Part shown: one piece after another, positions 41,628-54,727 of the stretch
Numbering within the stretch: position 1 is the stretch's first letter
Layout of the letters: each line of letters starts with the position of its first letter
DNA from: Eledone cirrhosa
Taxonomy: Eukaryota
Direction: 5' to 3'
NCBI GenBank assembly: GCA_964016885.1
Contig: OZ024760.1
Span: 13,268,001 to 13,332,000, forward strand
Length of the DNA: 64,000 nt
Notes under the pieces: model-generated
Seen by the model: only the letters and a program-made list of their open reading frames with translations
Told to the model about the DNA's origin: nothing
The model's database searches: none
Made by a program: the position numbers and the translations under genes

Positions 41628-41856
41628 TCAGTTACTGCGGAAGAACCATGTTAAAACTTTCCACAACATGTAACCAAGGAGGGTGGGATAAATAATTAGA
41701 TCTCGCTGCGCTCGTTTCTGGTTCTCTTGCTCTAACAACACGATCCGCCGGGTCAGTTTAGCCAAATGGGTTCGTAACAAAGTGGCCTCGTCCTCGTCAT
41801 TTAGGAGCAGGGTATCACCTGGAGATGTGCCCGGAGTATACACCTGAGTGTTCACC
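41628..41856 (-). CDS. MFF: Mitochondrial fission factor (MFF/Tango11), terminal exon
   Basis: Coiled coil LRTHLAKLTRRIVLLEQENQKRAQRD plus tail anchor LIIYPTLLGYMLWKVLTWFFRSN*; phase 2 matches the upstream exon. Confidence 0.92.
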
Positions 41857-42149
41857 CTGAAAAATATACAATGAAAATAAAACATCAGGTTTAGTTTTTA
41901 TTTGCAATGACAATTATTTAAAAGAAACATCAAATAAACATAACATTCATCATTGTTGCCGTCATTTAAAAATAATAATGAAAATTATTGTGTACAGTTC
42001 TCAGGTGCACTACAACTCATCAAAGGTGCATGTATAGTACATAGAATAATGTACAAATGTCAGGAAAGTGAACAGTGTATGAGTCATGATATTCATACAG
42101 ACACACACACAGATACATGTGTGTGTGTGTGTGTATGGAGGGGGAATAT

Positions 42150-42600
42150 CAGGTGTAGTGTTGGCGAATTTCAGGAAGCATGGAAGTTTTGAAGGAGGAT
42201 GCTGTGTCCAGACAGCTAATAACTGATGTAAGTAGTTTGTTCCATGCTTCAGCAACTCTGAGCGTGAAAAGATGTTTCTGAAAGTCATGGGAGCTGTGCT
42301 GTTTTCTGACTTTGTAAACATGTCCACTGGTATTAGACACATGGAATTCAAAAAGGTGCTCAGGGTTGTTGTTGGAAAAATGGTTAATAATCTTGTGGGT
42401 TTTTACCAAGTCAGTTGCCAGACGTTGGAGCTTTAATGTATCCATGCCCAGGGAAGCAAAGTATTCAGAGTATGGTAGATGCCTGATGGAGGGTTTTCAT
42501 TTATACCAGAGATTGGAGCTTTAATGTATCCATGCCAAGGGAAGCAAGGCGTTCAGAGTGTGGTAGATGCCTGATGGAGAGTATTTGTTTGGTTACATGT
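42150..42600 (-). mobile_element. CR1/L2-type LINE 3' fragment in an MFF intron, with a ~100-bp internal duplication
   Basis: LKLQRLATDLVKTHKII...GHVYKVRKQ...FTLRVAEAWNKL. Confidence 0.8.
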
Positions 42601-42641
42601 AGAAAAGAAGCAATAAAAAATACAACAAATAATCAACTTAC

Positions 42642-42837
42642 CCATTTCTTATTATAGGCATTGCATTGCGCTTATGACGTTCTGGTTCTGCAGAGTCTTC
42701 AACAAAAGGGAACTGTTCCTCTAGAGTTAGTGTCCTAGGTGGTGTGATCATACCTACATACGTAACCTCAGCTGGTGGTATATTGTCAAAGTCAAATTGA
42801 CGCATTGTAGATTTCAGACCCACATGTTTATCTTCTC
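42642..42837 (-). CDS. MFF: MFF, penultimate coding exon
   Basis: Contains the conserved TPPRTLTL motif; TAG / GTAAGT; phases 1 and 2 consistent. Confidence 0.9.
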
Positions 42838-43363
42838 CTACAATAAGAATTATTTCAAATTTAGACACAAAAACAGTCAGTAGTGTTTATAATGGCCCAA
42901 GTATTTTACTGGTACTTTATTGATTAATAGGGAAATAATTTCCATGCTGTGAAGTTGTTTGTTAAACAGATATTCCACTATTTGTTGCCACACAGAACAA
43001 AGTGTGAAAACCTGTTGTTTATCTAAGAGAAAGAAATAGATGTCAACCACTTCATGGTGTGTACAGGGTTTGTTTTCTTGTACCACATCTACCACCTGAC
43101 AGGGTGGACCAGGTGCTTTTATCATGGCACAAGCACTATCACTTTACTGTGGGTACTGGGTAGATGTTATTGTGACACCAGCACTACCACTTTACAGAGT
43201 GTACTGGGTGCATTTTATTGTGACACCAACACTACCACTTTACAGTGTGTACTGAGGGTATTTTATTGTGACACCAACACTGCCACTTTACAGTGTGTAC
43301 TGAGGGTATTTTATCATGGAATCAGCTCCACTATATAAGAAACAAAGAAAGGTTGTTATTTAC

Positions 43364-43574
43364 CTACAAAGACAAGCCTCTCTGGAATGGTCATATTAGA
43401 AAGCACTTCTGAGTTAAAAGGAGGTGACTTTGATCGAGAATCAACAGTGCCATCAAACTGCAGTCTATCTGGAATTTGCATTTGGTTGCTGATATCAGAG
43501 ATATAGTTCGGATCATAATTACGTGGTTGAACATCACTAAAATCTGAGGGTAAAGTCTGCACAAACCCAGCCTT
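43364..43574 (-). CDS. MFF: MFF, main N-terminal coding exon
   Basis: YISDISNQMQIPDRL and MTIPERLVFVG, the two Mff N-terminal repeats; CAG acceptor, GTAAAT donor. Confidence 0.92.
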
Positions 43575-43904
43575 CTGAAAATTCAACAAAAACAAAAAAA
43601 AAAGAGAAGTATTAATTCATTTCTTAATAAATCTAAATGAATACAGCCAATAAAATTGTTGGTTAGGTGTTAAGTATGTTAGTCTATCTTCTTGTGAATT
43701 CAATCCTTATGTTAGAGTATCTATCTGTATATAAATCAGGTTGGATTCAGTTAGAAACTGGTTAAACCATTACTCACCTAGTACTCGATACTTGGGGTAG
43801 TAGAGTGTGGCTATATGAATGAGTCAGGACCCCGATAGCTAAGCCCTTGCCGTTTTGAACAGTAGAATTGATTATAGGATTATGATTTCAGTTTGCTTGA
43901 GTTA

Positions 43905-45220
43905 ATGGGTAGCATGAGTTTGGTTTAGATTTAATGATAGCATGAGTTTGGTTTAGATTTAATGAGAGCATAGGTTTGGTTTAGATTTAATGACAGCATG
44001 GGTTTGGTTTAGATTTAATGATAGTATGGGTTTGGTTTAGAGTTAATGATAGCATGGGTTTGGTTTAGAGTTAATGATAGTATGGGTTTGGTTTAGATTT
44101 AATGATAGCATGGGTTTGGTTTAGATTTAATGATAGCATGGGTTTGGTTTAGATTTAATGATAGCATGGGTTTGGTTTAGAGTTAATGATAGTAAGGGTT
44201 TGGTTTAGAGTTAATGATAGCATGGGTTTGGTTTAGATTTAATGATAGCATGGGTTTGGTTTAGAGTTAATCATAGTATGGGTTTGGTTTAGAGTTAATG
44301 ATAGTATGGGTTTGGTTTAGATTTAATGATAGCATGGGTTTGGTTTAGATTTAATGATAGTATGGGTTTGGTTTAGATTTAATGATAGCATGGGTTTGGT
44401 TTAGATTTAATGATAGCATGGGTTTGGTTTAGAGTTAATGATAGTAAGGGTTTGGTTTAGAGTTAATGATAGCATGGGTTTGGTTTAGATTTAATGATAG
44501 CATGGGTTTGGTTTAGAGTTAATGATAGCATGGGTTTGGTTTAGAGTTAATGATAGTATGGGTTTGGTTTAGATTTAATGATAGTATGGGTTTGGTTTAG
44601 AGTTAATGATAGTATGGGTTTGGTTTAGAGTTAATGATAGTATGGGTTTGGTTTAGATTTAATGATAGCATGGGTTTGGTTTAGAGTTAATGATAGCATG
44701 AGTTTGGTTTAAAGTTAATGATAGCATGGGTTTGGTTTAGAGTTAATGATAGTATGGGTTTGGTTTAGATTTAATGATAGCATGGGTTTGGTTTAGAGTT
44801 AATGATAGTATGGGTTTGGTTTAGAGTTAATGATAGTATGGGTTTGGTTTAGAGTTAATGATAGTATGGGTTTGGTTTAGAGTTAATGATAGCATGGGTT
44901 TGGTTTAGAGTTAATGATAGCATGAGTTTGGTTTAAAGTTAATGATAGCATGGGTTTGGTTTAGAGTTAATGATAGTATGGGTTTGGTTTAGAGTTAATG
45001 ATAGCATGGGTTTGGTTTAGATTTAATGATAGCATGGGTTTGGTTTAGAGTTAATGATAGCATGGGTTTGGTTTAGAGTTAATGATAGCATGGGTTTGGT
45101 TTAGAGTTAATGATAGCATGGGTTTGGTTTAGAGTTAATGGGCAGTATGAGTTTGGTTTAGAGTTAATGATAGTATGGGTTTGGTTTAGAGTTAATGATA
45201 GCATGGGTTTGGTTTAGATT
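43905..45220. repeat. 28-bp minisatellite (~47 copies) in an MFF intron
   Basis: Unit AGTTAATGATAGCATGGGTTTGGTTTAG. Confidence 0.97.
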
Positions 45221-45794
45221 TGTCTATGTTCTGGTTAGGGCAGTCATGGTGTTAGTATTTACTCTAATTTAAATAGAACATGCAAGCAACATCTGCAACT
45301 AAGTATTAAGCAAATACAGGAATATACCAGCCATGGATAATGGTGCTGTCACCACTACCACCTCCACCAGCAGAACTACCTCTTCAGCCACCAATACCAC
45401 CACTTCAGTGCTGCTAAAACTACCATCATCACCACCTCCACCAGTACCAACATCAACATCACCATTAGTACCATCACCACCAATACCTATACCAACATCA
45501 ACACCACCACTACCACCAGTACCACCACTACCACCAACATCAATATCACCACCACCAGTACCAATATCAACACCGTCATCACCATTACTACCACCACCAC
45601 TACCAACACCCTCACCACCACTACCATCACCATCACCATCACCACAATCATCAGTACCCTCACCACCATACATGCTTTTCCATGCTGGCATGTGTTGAAC
45701 GAGACTATTCTGTTGAGCATCCATTAGTAGAGAAGTTACCTTATACAAGACCATCATATTAAATCAGATATTGCAATCTTTTAAATGGTTTTAC

Positions 45795-45826
45795 CTTCAT
45801 TTTATCACAAACAACCACAAACTCTC
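45795..45826 (-). other. MFF: Candidate 32-nt MFF 5' microexon carrying ATG AAG
   Basis: Acceptor CTCTCTTTTTCGTTGCCACTCAG, donor AAG|GTAAAA, ATG in frame with the next exon. Confidence 0.55.
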
Positions 45827-46274
45827 CTGAGTGGCAACGAAAAAGAGAGCACCGTCCACACAATAACGCCTATATTTTGTTTTGTTTTTTGTGTTTGTTT
45901 TATTTAGTGTCCTAGACAGAGTCCACTCCAACGCAAGCAGTTACATCATACCTAAACAAAAATCAGAGAGATATATGTCAGTGGAAAGGAGGAATACATA
46001 GAGAAAGGTTGTTTCATTGAAGGAGAAGAGTAGCAGAGGTGAAATTATTTCCTTAGTACAGGGCAAACTGTCATGCTTTGGACATCACCACCAGTATATT
46101 AAGTCAATGATAACAAACCTAGTATATATTTCATTTCAGGCAGGTAGGTAGGTGTTGTTTTATCGATATTAGTATTACAGTAGAACCCCAGTTCACTAAC
46201 ACCTCTCTTCACAAACAATTTTTCTGAACATAAAACATCTCGGTTGAGGAAAGATGCCTCAAGTAACCAACACG

Positions 46275-46762
46275 CAAGCTGGGAACAACAGTTGGTCACA
46301 AGCTGGGAACAACAGTTGGTCACAAGATGGGAACAACAGTTGGCCACAAGATGGGAACAACAGTTGGCCACAAGATGGGAACAACAGTTGGCCACAAGAT
46401 GGGAACAACAGTTGGCCACAAGCTGGGAACAACAGTTGGCCACAAGATGGGAACAACAGTTAGCCACAAGCTGGGAACAACAGTTGGCCACAAGCTGGGA
46501 ACAACAGTTGGCCACAAGATGGGAACAACAGTTGGCCACAAGCTGGGAACAACAGTTGGCCACAAGATGGGAACAACAGTTAGCCACAAGCTGGGAACAA
46601 CAGTTGGCCACAAGCTGGGAACAACAGTTGGCCACAAGATGGGAACAACAGTTGGCCACAAGATGGGAACAACAGTTGGCCACAAGCTGGGAACAACAGT
46701 TGGCCACAAGATGGGAACAACAGTTAGCCACAAGATGGGAACAACAGTTAGCCACAACTTGG
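46275..46762. repeat. 24-bp minisatellite (~20 copies)
   Basis: Unit CAAGATGGGAACAACAGTTGGCCA. Confidence 0.97.
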
Positions 46763-46959
46763 GAGTATCGGCAAGAAAGCGATATTACATTACTGAACCA
46801 TCAATAACAACCTTTAGATATGATCCAGTTTCTTGGTATTCACTTCCACTTTATTGAGAATTTCCATTTCTTTTCATATCCAACTCTATTCTACACACAC
46901 ACTCTCTCTCTCTCTCTCTATCTATCTATTTATCTTACTCTCTCTCAAGCCAGGAGGCT

Positions 46960-47210
46960 TGTCAGGCCAGTGCTTATTCATGGTGTGAAGCGACTGAGAG
47001 TACAAGACACTCCCCTGGACAGGACGCCAGTCCATAGCGGTGTTAAACTCTCAGCTATTGCTGGTACTCATTTTCAGCTGAGTATACTGGAACAACGTGG
47101 AATGAAGTGTCTTGCTCAAGAACACAACACACAACCCAGTCCAGGAATCGAACCCGCGACATTATAATCGTAAGTACAACACCCTTACCACCAGACCTCA
47201 CGTCTCCACT
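46960..47210 (-). mobile_element. tRNA-derived SINE family B (CORE/Meta-like core)
   Basis: B-box GGTTCGATTCC followed by GTTCTTGAGCAAGACACTTCATTCCACGTTGTTCCAG on the minus strand; relatives at ~13530, 13690, 18000, 23225, 37240, 57880. Confidence 0.8.
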
Positions 47211-47251
47211 ATTCTATAGGTATACCGTTAATTAGTATTCATCAAAGTTAC

Positions 47252-47300
47252 CATTTGAAGAAGTGTATTTACAAGTTCTTCCTGTCGCCTCCTAAGACAC
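47252..47300 (-). other. MFF: Candidate MFF first exon ending in ATG|GTAACT
   Basis: ATG at 47254-47252 directly followed by a donor; phase 0 fits the exon at 43574 (212-aa protein); 5' boundary unknown. Confidence 0.5.
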
Positions 47301-47760
47301 ACAAATATGAGGTCCCTATTTCCGTCTTTTCAAAACAAACATATATTCTGACTACAGTATATAAATATCTTTGAACTAACGTGACACACCAGCAACAGCT
47401 TTGTAAAATTAAATCTTCACATTTCGATATTGAAAGTTTTCTTAATATTTTCTAGATTGTATTAATTATCTTTATCGATTATTGCTAAAGTTAATATTCA
47501 CAATCAAGAATAAAAGTATTTAAAAAACGGAAGTTTTTTCTTCTTTTTCTTTGTCTTGTTTTTATATTTTCAATTTAAAGCTTCACATTTCGATAACATC
47601 CTTCGATGATGTCTTTTTTGTCCTTCCATAGTTAAAGATTGACGACTGTCAATAGATGTTCCCAGTGTGCGACTACTGCTGAACCAATAGAAACGTACAC
47701 AGGCTCAATGTCAGAGAAATAACCGCCAACATTGAGAAATACCCGCCTTAATTTAGCCCC
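47300..47760 (-). promoter_or_regulatory. Putative MFF promoter
   Basis: Non-repetitive, CpG-containing; ETS-like CGGAAGT 47528-47534 and CCAAT 47684-47688. Confidence 0.3.
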
Positions 47761-48925
47761 TCAAATGACAGAAGCAACGAACAAAGGAGACATCTACGCG
47801 ATAACTCGATCTGGTAGAAATGGTAGACAAATCTCCTCCTCAAACCACACCATACGGGCTTAATAAACAAAGGAAGGAAGGTCACATTGGAGTGAGACAG
47901 AGAGCAGAGTTTGAAAACAGTCTATCGTGGTCATAGTGAGAATATGTTTAACCAACATAGGGTCTAGTCGGGTCTGTTAATTAATAAACTTTAGAGAATT
48001 GTTATAATCAATCAACAGTGTATAAATGTGAGGGTGGGGAGGAATCAAAAACCAAAATGCCTCGCTGTGTGTCCGTGAAATATACACACACATATACACC
48101 AGGTCCGAACACAAAGGAACCAAACTCCCACTCCACTGTCTCCGTCTCTCCCACATCTCTCACTATTATAAACAAATGAGGGCCCACGCACGGGCCGCGA
48201 CCCCGGGGCACAGAATAGAGAAGGAGAGAAGGTGTTTCTGAGAAAACATATGTGATGAAAACAACAATAGTAGAAATTTATAACAATATGAGGCTGTCAT
48301 TGCCTTTGACCACAGGTCTGTTGGATCAGGGCTAACCTGAGGCTAAACAAATATAATTAAGACACCTAAATTATCCAAGAAACAGCTCCTATACCCTTTG
48401 TTAGTTAATTTTAAAGTATCGAACCGGGGAAACAAAGTAAATGTTATTAACTGTATATATTAGAACATATACTTTATTCACGGTTGTATAAATAGCATTA
48501 CAAATATGTTTTAAATATATACATAGATAACATTATAGATGTGTAAATAACATTATAAATTACTGGCAATTCGTTCAGAAGAACATTTCAAGTACAATAC
48601 GACGGGCTTCTGCGGAGCATCCGTCGGTCTACTCCCTAAGGTGTTGTCGGAATAACACCAGACAGCTTCATTAAACCACACTATCATTTTACAGTGTTGG
48701 AGTGAGAATATATATTCCTACAAGGAATTTAAAGAATCCGTATTTTAGTTTTATTTAAATATATATTTCGTCCTTGATGGAAAAATCAATCAGAATATTA
48801 CCAAGGCATTATCGATGTCTCCTATATTAAGTATTTAAATATATTGTTTTGATTTATTTTAATAATGTCACGAGAGATCAATAAAAAAAAACACCAGTCT
48901 ACCTTTCCACTTAACCAAATATATA

Positions 48926-49026
48926 CAGGGTGTCCCGAATAAATATATACACACTTCAATAGCATTCTAATAAATATTGTCTGTACAGGTAATCAAAGTG
49001 TGTATACATTTTTGGGGGACACCCTA
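48926..49026. mobile_element. ~100-bp Tc1/mariner-type MITE
   Basis: TA|CAGGGTGTCCC...GGGACACCCTA|TA. Confidence 0.75.
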
Positions 49027-49455
49027 TAATTAGTTCTGTTGTTTAAATATGTGACTAGAACATTTACATTGATTTAAAACTTCTAAATGTATTTACAATA
49101 GTTTCCTTCATTGTTTTTAGATAAATCAATATATATAAATTAATATAAAATATTTAATATATAAATTAATCGATGTTATATAGTCGACCCCTGGATAAAA
49201 CCTCGCCCCTCATCGAACACAGTCCTTGGATCAAAGATATTCCAGTCGTGGCGATCACTCTAATTATTTAGGGGTGTGTTCTAAAACTAAACAGTTTGAT
49301 GTTATTTCGTTAATATTTTGTTTTTAACATGAGACGAGTTGGCTGTGATTTTGAGGGAGATTTAGCTGGTATTTCTAGCCTGTAGAGCGACCATGCAAAG
49401 GTTATGTCGTTCGTTTGTTCAAATTAAAGATAATTGAAATCCACATATATGTGTG

Positions 49456-49500
<45 letters not shown>

Positions 49501-49508
49501 AGGGAAAG

Positions 49509-49554
<46 letters not shown>

Positions 49555-49669
49555 TATATATATATAAAATCAAGGGAAAGTTAATATATATATATATATA
49601 TATATATAGTATATATATATATATAAAATCAAGGGAAAGCAAATAAAGAAATGTATGTATGTGTGTGTG

Positions 49670-49703
<34 letters not shown>

Positions 49704-50439
49704 CAAGTGCCATAAAATAACCAGCGAAAGAAAATTTCTATTTCCTGGGTGTAATTCTTGAAATAAAAACCAAAAAAACTGACATTTTCTTCGAATATCA
49801 ATTATAAGTAAAAAAGGTCTTTTTTCTTTTCTTTAGAAAATGAAAATAAACTAATTCTAAGAATTGATAAAACAACAGTCAACCAAAGACATTCCCAGGT
49901 GAAGAGATTCGTTTTGAAGTAGGTGAGAGAGAAAATATAAAGAACTGCTACAGTTTTAGCAGAAATGATAATAGAAACTAGTCTTTTAAACAAGGAAACA
50001 TGGAATATATATAGAGAAGGTTCCATAGAGAAGATATAGACAAAGAAGGTTGTAATTAGGAGGTAAAAAATAAGAGAAATATTCCATTAATTCGTCTCAC
50101 CTCGGTTGTGAAGTTGATATCCAAAGCTGTTGTTTCCGACATAATTCGATCTGTTTAAGGTGATATATAGATTTAACAGGACCTAATGAATTAATGGAGC
50201 TGCTGTAGAGTTTAATATAAAGCCATACATTAAACTTATTCTTTCAGCTTTCATTGGAATATAATTTAAACACTTATTTTCTTTATTTCAATGGCATTAT
50301 TTTATGCCAAATCACTTCCACAAGGTTTCGGCTGAACATAAACACATGATTTGGTGACGTCATCGGTTTGTGTGTTTTGAGAGAAACACGCCAAGAATGA
50401 CTAGCAACAACTTGTTAAGATAATGATAGTATTATAATA

Positions 50440-51095
50440 TATAGGGCGAGGTTAGCTTTGTCTTTCATGCTCCCTGAGTCGGTGCAATAAAGTACCAGTA
50501 ACGTACTGAGGTCGATTTAATAGACCCTCGTCTCTCCCTCCCCCAAATTGTTGGCCTTGTGCTTAAATCAGAAATCATTATTATGCATAGAGTTATGGCC
50601 TTTTACGTTCTGAGTTCAAATCCCGCCTTTCATCTTTACGAGGTCGATAAAATAAAGTACCAGTGATGTACTGAGGTCGATTTAATCGATTTTCCATTCC
50701 CCTCCAAAACATTGTTGGCCTTATGCCTAAAGTAAACACAATTTTTAACATTATATATAGTGCGAGGTTGGCTTCGTTGTCTTGGTTAACTAAGCCTTTC
50801 ATCCAGGGTCGGTACAATAAAGTACCAGTGATACATTGAGTCGATTTAATAGACTTTCCTCTCCCCACCCCCAAATGGTTGGCTTTGTGCCTAAATCAGA
50901 TACCTTTATTAATATTTGCAGTATTGGTAGAGGGTTGGACGCCATGCTTTGATGCGTAGAGTTACGGCCCTTGCCATTCTGAGTTCAAATCCCGCCGAGG
51001 TTAACTTTGCCTTTCATCCTTACGGGGTCGATAAAATAAAGTACCAGTAATACACTGAGTAATTGCTGGCTTTGTGCCAAAAGTAGAAACAATTA
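50440..51095 (+). mobile_element. Four tandem SINE family A copies
   Basis: Repeated GAGGTTAACTTTGCCTTTCATCC...AATAAAGTACCAG...GGCCTTGTGCC. Confidence 0.82.
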
Positions 51096-51104
51096 TTAAT
51101 ATTA

Positions 51105-51585
51105 CTAGCAGAAAAACCACCCTTCGGGTGGTTTTCTGCTAGCTTGTGTAGTGTGTATATTGATATTATACGCAAGTATATATGCATGTAGATATGATAC
51201 ATCAAATAAAATCATAATTGACAATGTACACAGAAATTGAACAAAGACTGTGTTACACTGTCTTATTTAAGCAGTAACGTAATCCATGATACATTTTATA
51301 AAGACTATATTATATATAAACTGCATTAGGAAAAAATTAGTGACAGAAATATATAAATGTTTATTTAAGCGATCGCTAACCGGAAGTGTTGACATTTGAA
51401 AATGTTAAAGAGATGAATCTTTAAATAAGTAATAAAATATATTTACTGAACAGCCACGAAATTTAGTAGATAATTATGTTATATTCATTCATTATTTATT
51501 CAAAGTAATCCAACTTATTTTACTAAGGGGATAAAAATTATAAACCGTTCGCAGTCCCGCGCTTCTTCCTTTATTATAGTTTAGA
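51105..51585 (-). mobile_element. Non-autonomous Helitron
   Basis: Minus strand A|TCTAAACTATAATAAAG... 5' end, subterminal hairpin CCACCC-GAA-GGGTGG, 3' CTAG|T, no TSD. Confidence 0.65.
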
Positions 51586-54154
51586 TTGTTTGAGCTTAAA
51601 TAGTCTTAACTTCCACAATATGTGTTAAATATTCTTTTCTTTCATTTGTAGCCAAACCTGGTTGTGTGTGTGTATGCATGTATGTAACTATGTATCTACA
51701 TAAATTTATATGTATGTACGTATTACGTGTGTATCTATTATAAACACACACACACACATAACCAAGTGAGGTAACTTCAATGAGTTGTTTCCCTTGGCAT
51801 AACTATTCAAACATACATTCACACATATATACACAAATCCATCCATCCATATATATATATATATATGGGAAAAGAGTCAGGATACCGACGGCTGAGCTCC
51901 GGCCTCCTGGTTTCTTACCATACTTTCTTTGTTTATATATATCGTGACTACTATTATTTATATCTATATCTCTCTCTCTATATATATATATACACGTATA
52001 TAAATACATGTATAGATACATGAATAAATACAACTCAAGTGTTTCAATTAATTTTGAAGATAATTAAATATTTGGAGCAATTTGTTTCTGATTTAGACAC
52101 CAGATCAACAAGTTTTTAGTGGGGAGGGGAAAGTCATTTGTATAGACCCAGTGCATTACTGGTACGTTATTATATCGTCTCCTCTGTAAGGACAGTTATA
52201 ACACATCTCATTTCAATTCAATTCAGTTTGGGGTTATTTTAATTTAGTTTAATTAATTTCATTTTATTTTGAAAGTAGGTTTATAAGGATGAATTTTCAG
52301 CAGATTTCTATAGTTGTCTGGGTGGCCTAGTGGTAGGAACTAGATATGGTGAGATCCTGGTCTGGGGTTCAGTCCTGATCTGGAGGTTTAATCCTGGTCG
52401 GGGAGATACATGTAAGGTGTCCTATTAATAATTTTCCTTTTACATCTCTTTGAAAAAACGGATTTAATTTTAATTTAATTAATTTATTTTATTTTTAAAG
52501 TGGCTTTATAAGTATTAATTTTCATTAGATTTTTGGAGCTGTTTTATTGGCCTAGTAGGAGTTAGCAAGTGAACTGTTCGTTTTAAAGGCAGGTCAGTTT
52601 TTTGGGGATAGTCTATGGTCAACTACACCATGGTCATGGATGAAATAAACTGTTTAAGGGCATAAACTTCATGTAGGAACATCCAGCTAAACCATAGTCA
52701 GTGCCATGTGAGAGGATGAAAGAAGCAGTTTAAGGGTGTAAACTATGGCCACCCAAACCCTGATCAAAGTAATGGATTTCCTACGGCCAGCTACTATCTC
52801 CTGGGGCCAAAGAAGCAGTTGGTCTCAAGACAATGTATTTAATTTAATTTAATTTAATTAATTTGGTTTCATTTTGAAAGTAGGTTTATAAGGATGAATT
52901 TTTAGTAGATTCTTGTAGCTGTCTCGGTGGTGTAATGATAGATACTAGAGATGGTGAGACCCTGGTCTGGGGTTCAATCCTGATCTGAGGAATACATGAA
53001 GGGTGTATTGTAAATATTTTCCTGTTACATCTCTTTGAAAAAAAAAATGAAAATGTTAGGAGAGAACCCCAAAGTCTATTTATTTCATTTTAATTTAATT
53101 AATTTAATTTAATTTAATTAATTTCATTTTGAAAGTAGCTTTGTAAGTATTAATTTTCAGTAGATTTTTACACACGCATGTAGTTGACGGGTGAGAGAAA
53201 AGGGTACTCAATACCGAAGTAGAGTTTTACTATTCATTTTATTAAGGCTAAATAGTGAGTCTTGTTACTCTAAAGTTTCGTCTGTTTATCACAGGGTCAT
53301 CTTACAAAAACTAACTAATGAGGTCATAGCCATTCAATGGCTATCATCGAAATATATATAGCAGTAAATAAAGGATTATGAGTTCATGCAATTGACTTAT
53401 GTTTCGTCACTATATATATATATATATACACACACACACATATATATATATATCTTGGAGAATGTGTGAAATCCTTGGTACAGTTAGATATATTTGAAAA
53501 AAAGAAATGAATGACTTCACTTGGTATTTTATAACAATATAATTTTATAATTTTACAATTTTATTATTTCATAATTTAGCTGTTTACATCTAATAAGTCC
53601 TGTGTTAACTTTGGTGGAAATTTTTTTTTTAAATCCTGATTAACTTTCTGGGGAACAGTTTGACAATCAGCACTGACGAATGTGACAAATGAGTTCAGCT
53701 GATCTCACTTGGGGTCCATCCAGATCAATTGGAAACAGTTACTTCTGACAGGACTTGCTGAAATAAGTGGGCAAAGAAGATGATTTGTGCCCACTGAAGT
53801 CACAAGGTACAATGGTTTGAGAGTGATGGTGGGTATAAGATCGATGTCTTAGATACAGGATGAGATATAATCAAACAGTGGATAGTGTAAAATTAATGTT
53901 GTCAATACAGGATGTGATATTATTAAACTGTTAACAATATGTAATTGATTTCTGAGCAGTTGGTGGTGGGATATCAATAGCCAAGCAGGCAATGATGTGA
54001 GATCAATATCTGAGAAGGGAGGGGGGGGGGGGGCGATAATGTGATATTGATGTCTGAGCAGGCAATGATGTGGGATCAATTTTTGAGCAGTTGAAGGGGT
54101 GAGATCAATATTTGAGCTGGCAATGATGTGATTTCAATATCTGATCAGGTGATG

Positions 54155-54727
54155 ATTAACAGATTGTTGAGGGCCAGAGGTGTGTTTTTACTCCTCAGCT
54201 AAGGTGACACTGACTAACAGACTGCTGAGAGCCAGAGGTTTGTTTTCACTGCTCAACTAAGGTAACCCAGACTAACAGACTGCTGAGGGCCAGAGGTTTG
54301 TTTATACTCCTCAGCTAAGGTGATGTTGACTAACAGACTGCTGAGAGCCAGAGGTGTATTTTCACTGCTTAGCTAAGGTGACCCTGACTAACAGACTGTT
54401 GAGGGCTAGAGGTTTGTTTTCACTGCTCAACTAAGGTAACCCAGACTAACAGACTGCTGAGGGCCAGAGGTGTGTTTATACTCCTCAGCTAAGGTGATGT
54501 TGACTAACAGACTGCTGAGGGCCAGAGGTGTGTTTTCACTGCTCAGCTAAGGTGACCCTGACTAACAGACTGTTGAGGGCTAGAGGTTTGTTTTCACTGC
54601 TCAACTAAGGTAACCCAGACTAACAGACTGCTGAGGGCCAGAGGTGTGTTTTCACTGCTTGGCTAAGGTGATCCTGACTAACAGACTGTTGAGGGCTAGA
54701 GGTGTGTTTTCACTGCTCAGCTAAGGT
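54155..54727. repeat. 58-bp minisatellite (~10 copies)
   Basis: Unit ACTAACAGACTGCTGAGGGCCAGAGGTGTGTTTTCACTGCTCAGCTAAGGTGACCCTG. Confidence 0.95.

Noticed and set aside
46099-46857. Octapeptide-repeat ORFs (VANCCSHL, WEQQLATR)
   Set aside because: By-product of a 24-bp minisatellite open in most frames, inside an MFF intron
43905-54727. CRISPR-like appearance of the 24-, 28- and 58-bp arrays
   Set aside because: Contiguous tandem units with no unique spacers, no cas genes, eukaryotic context
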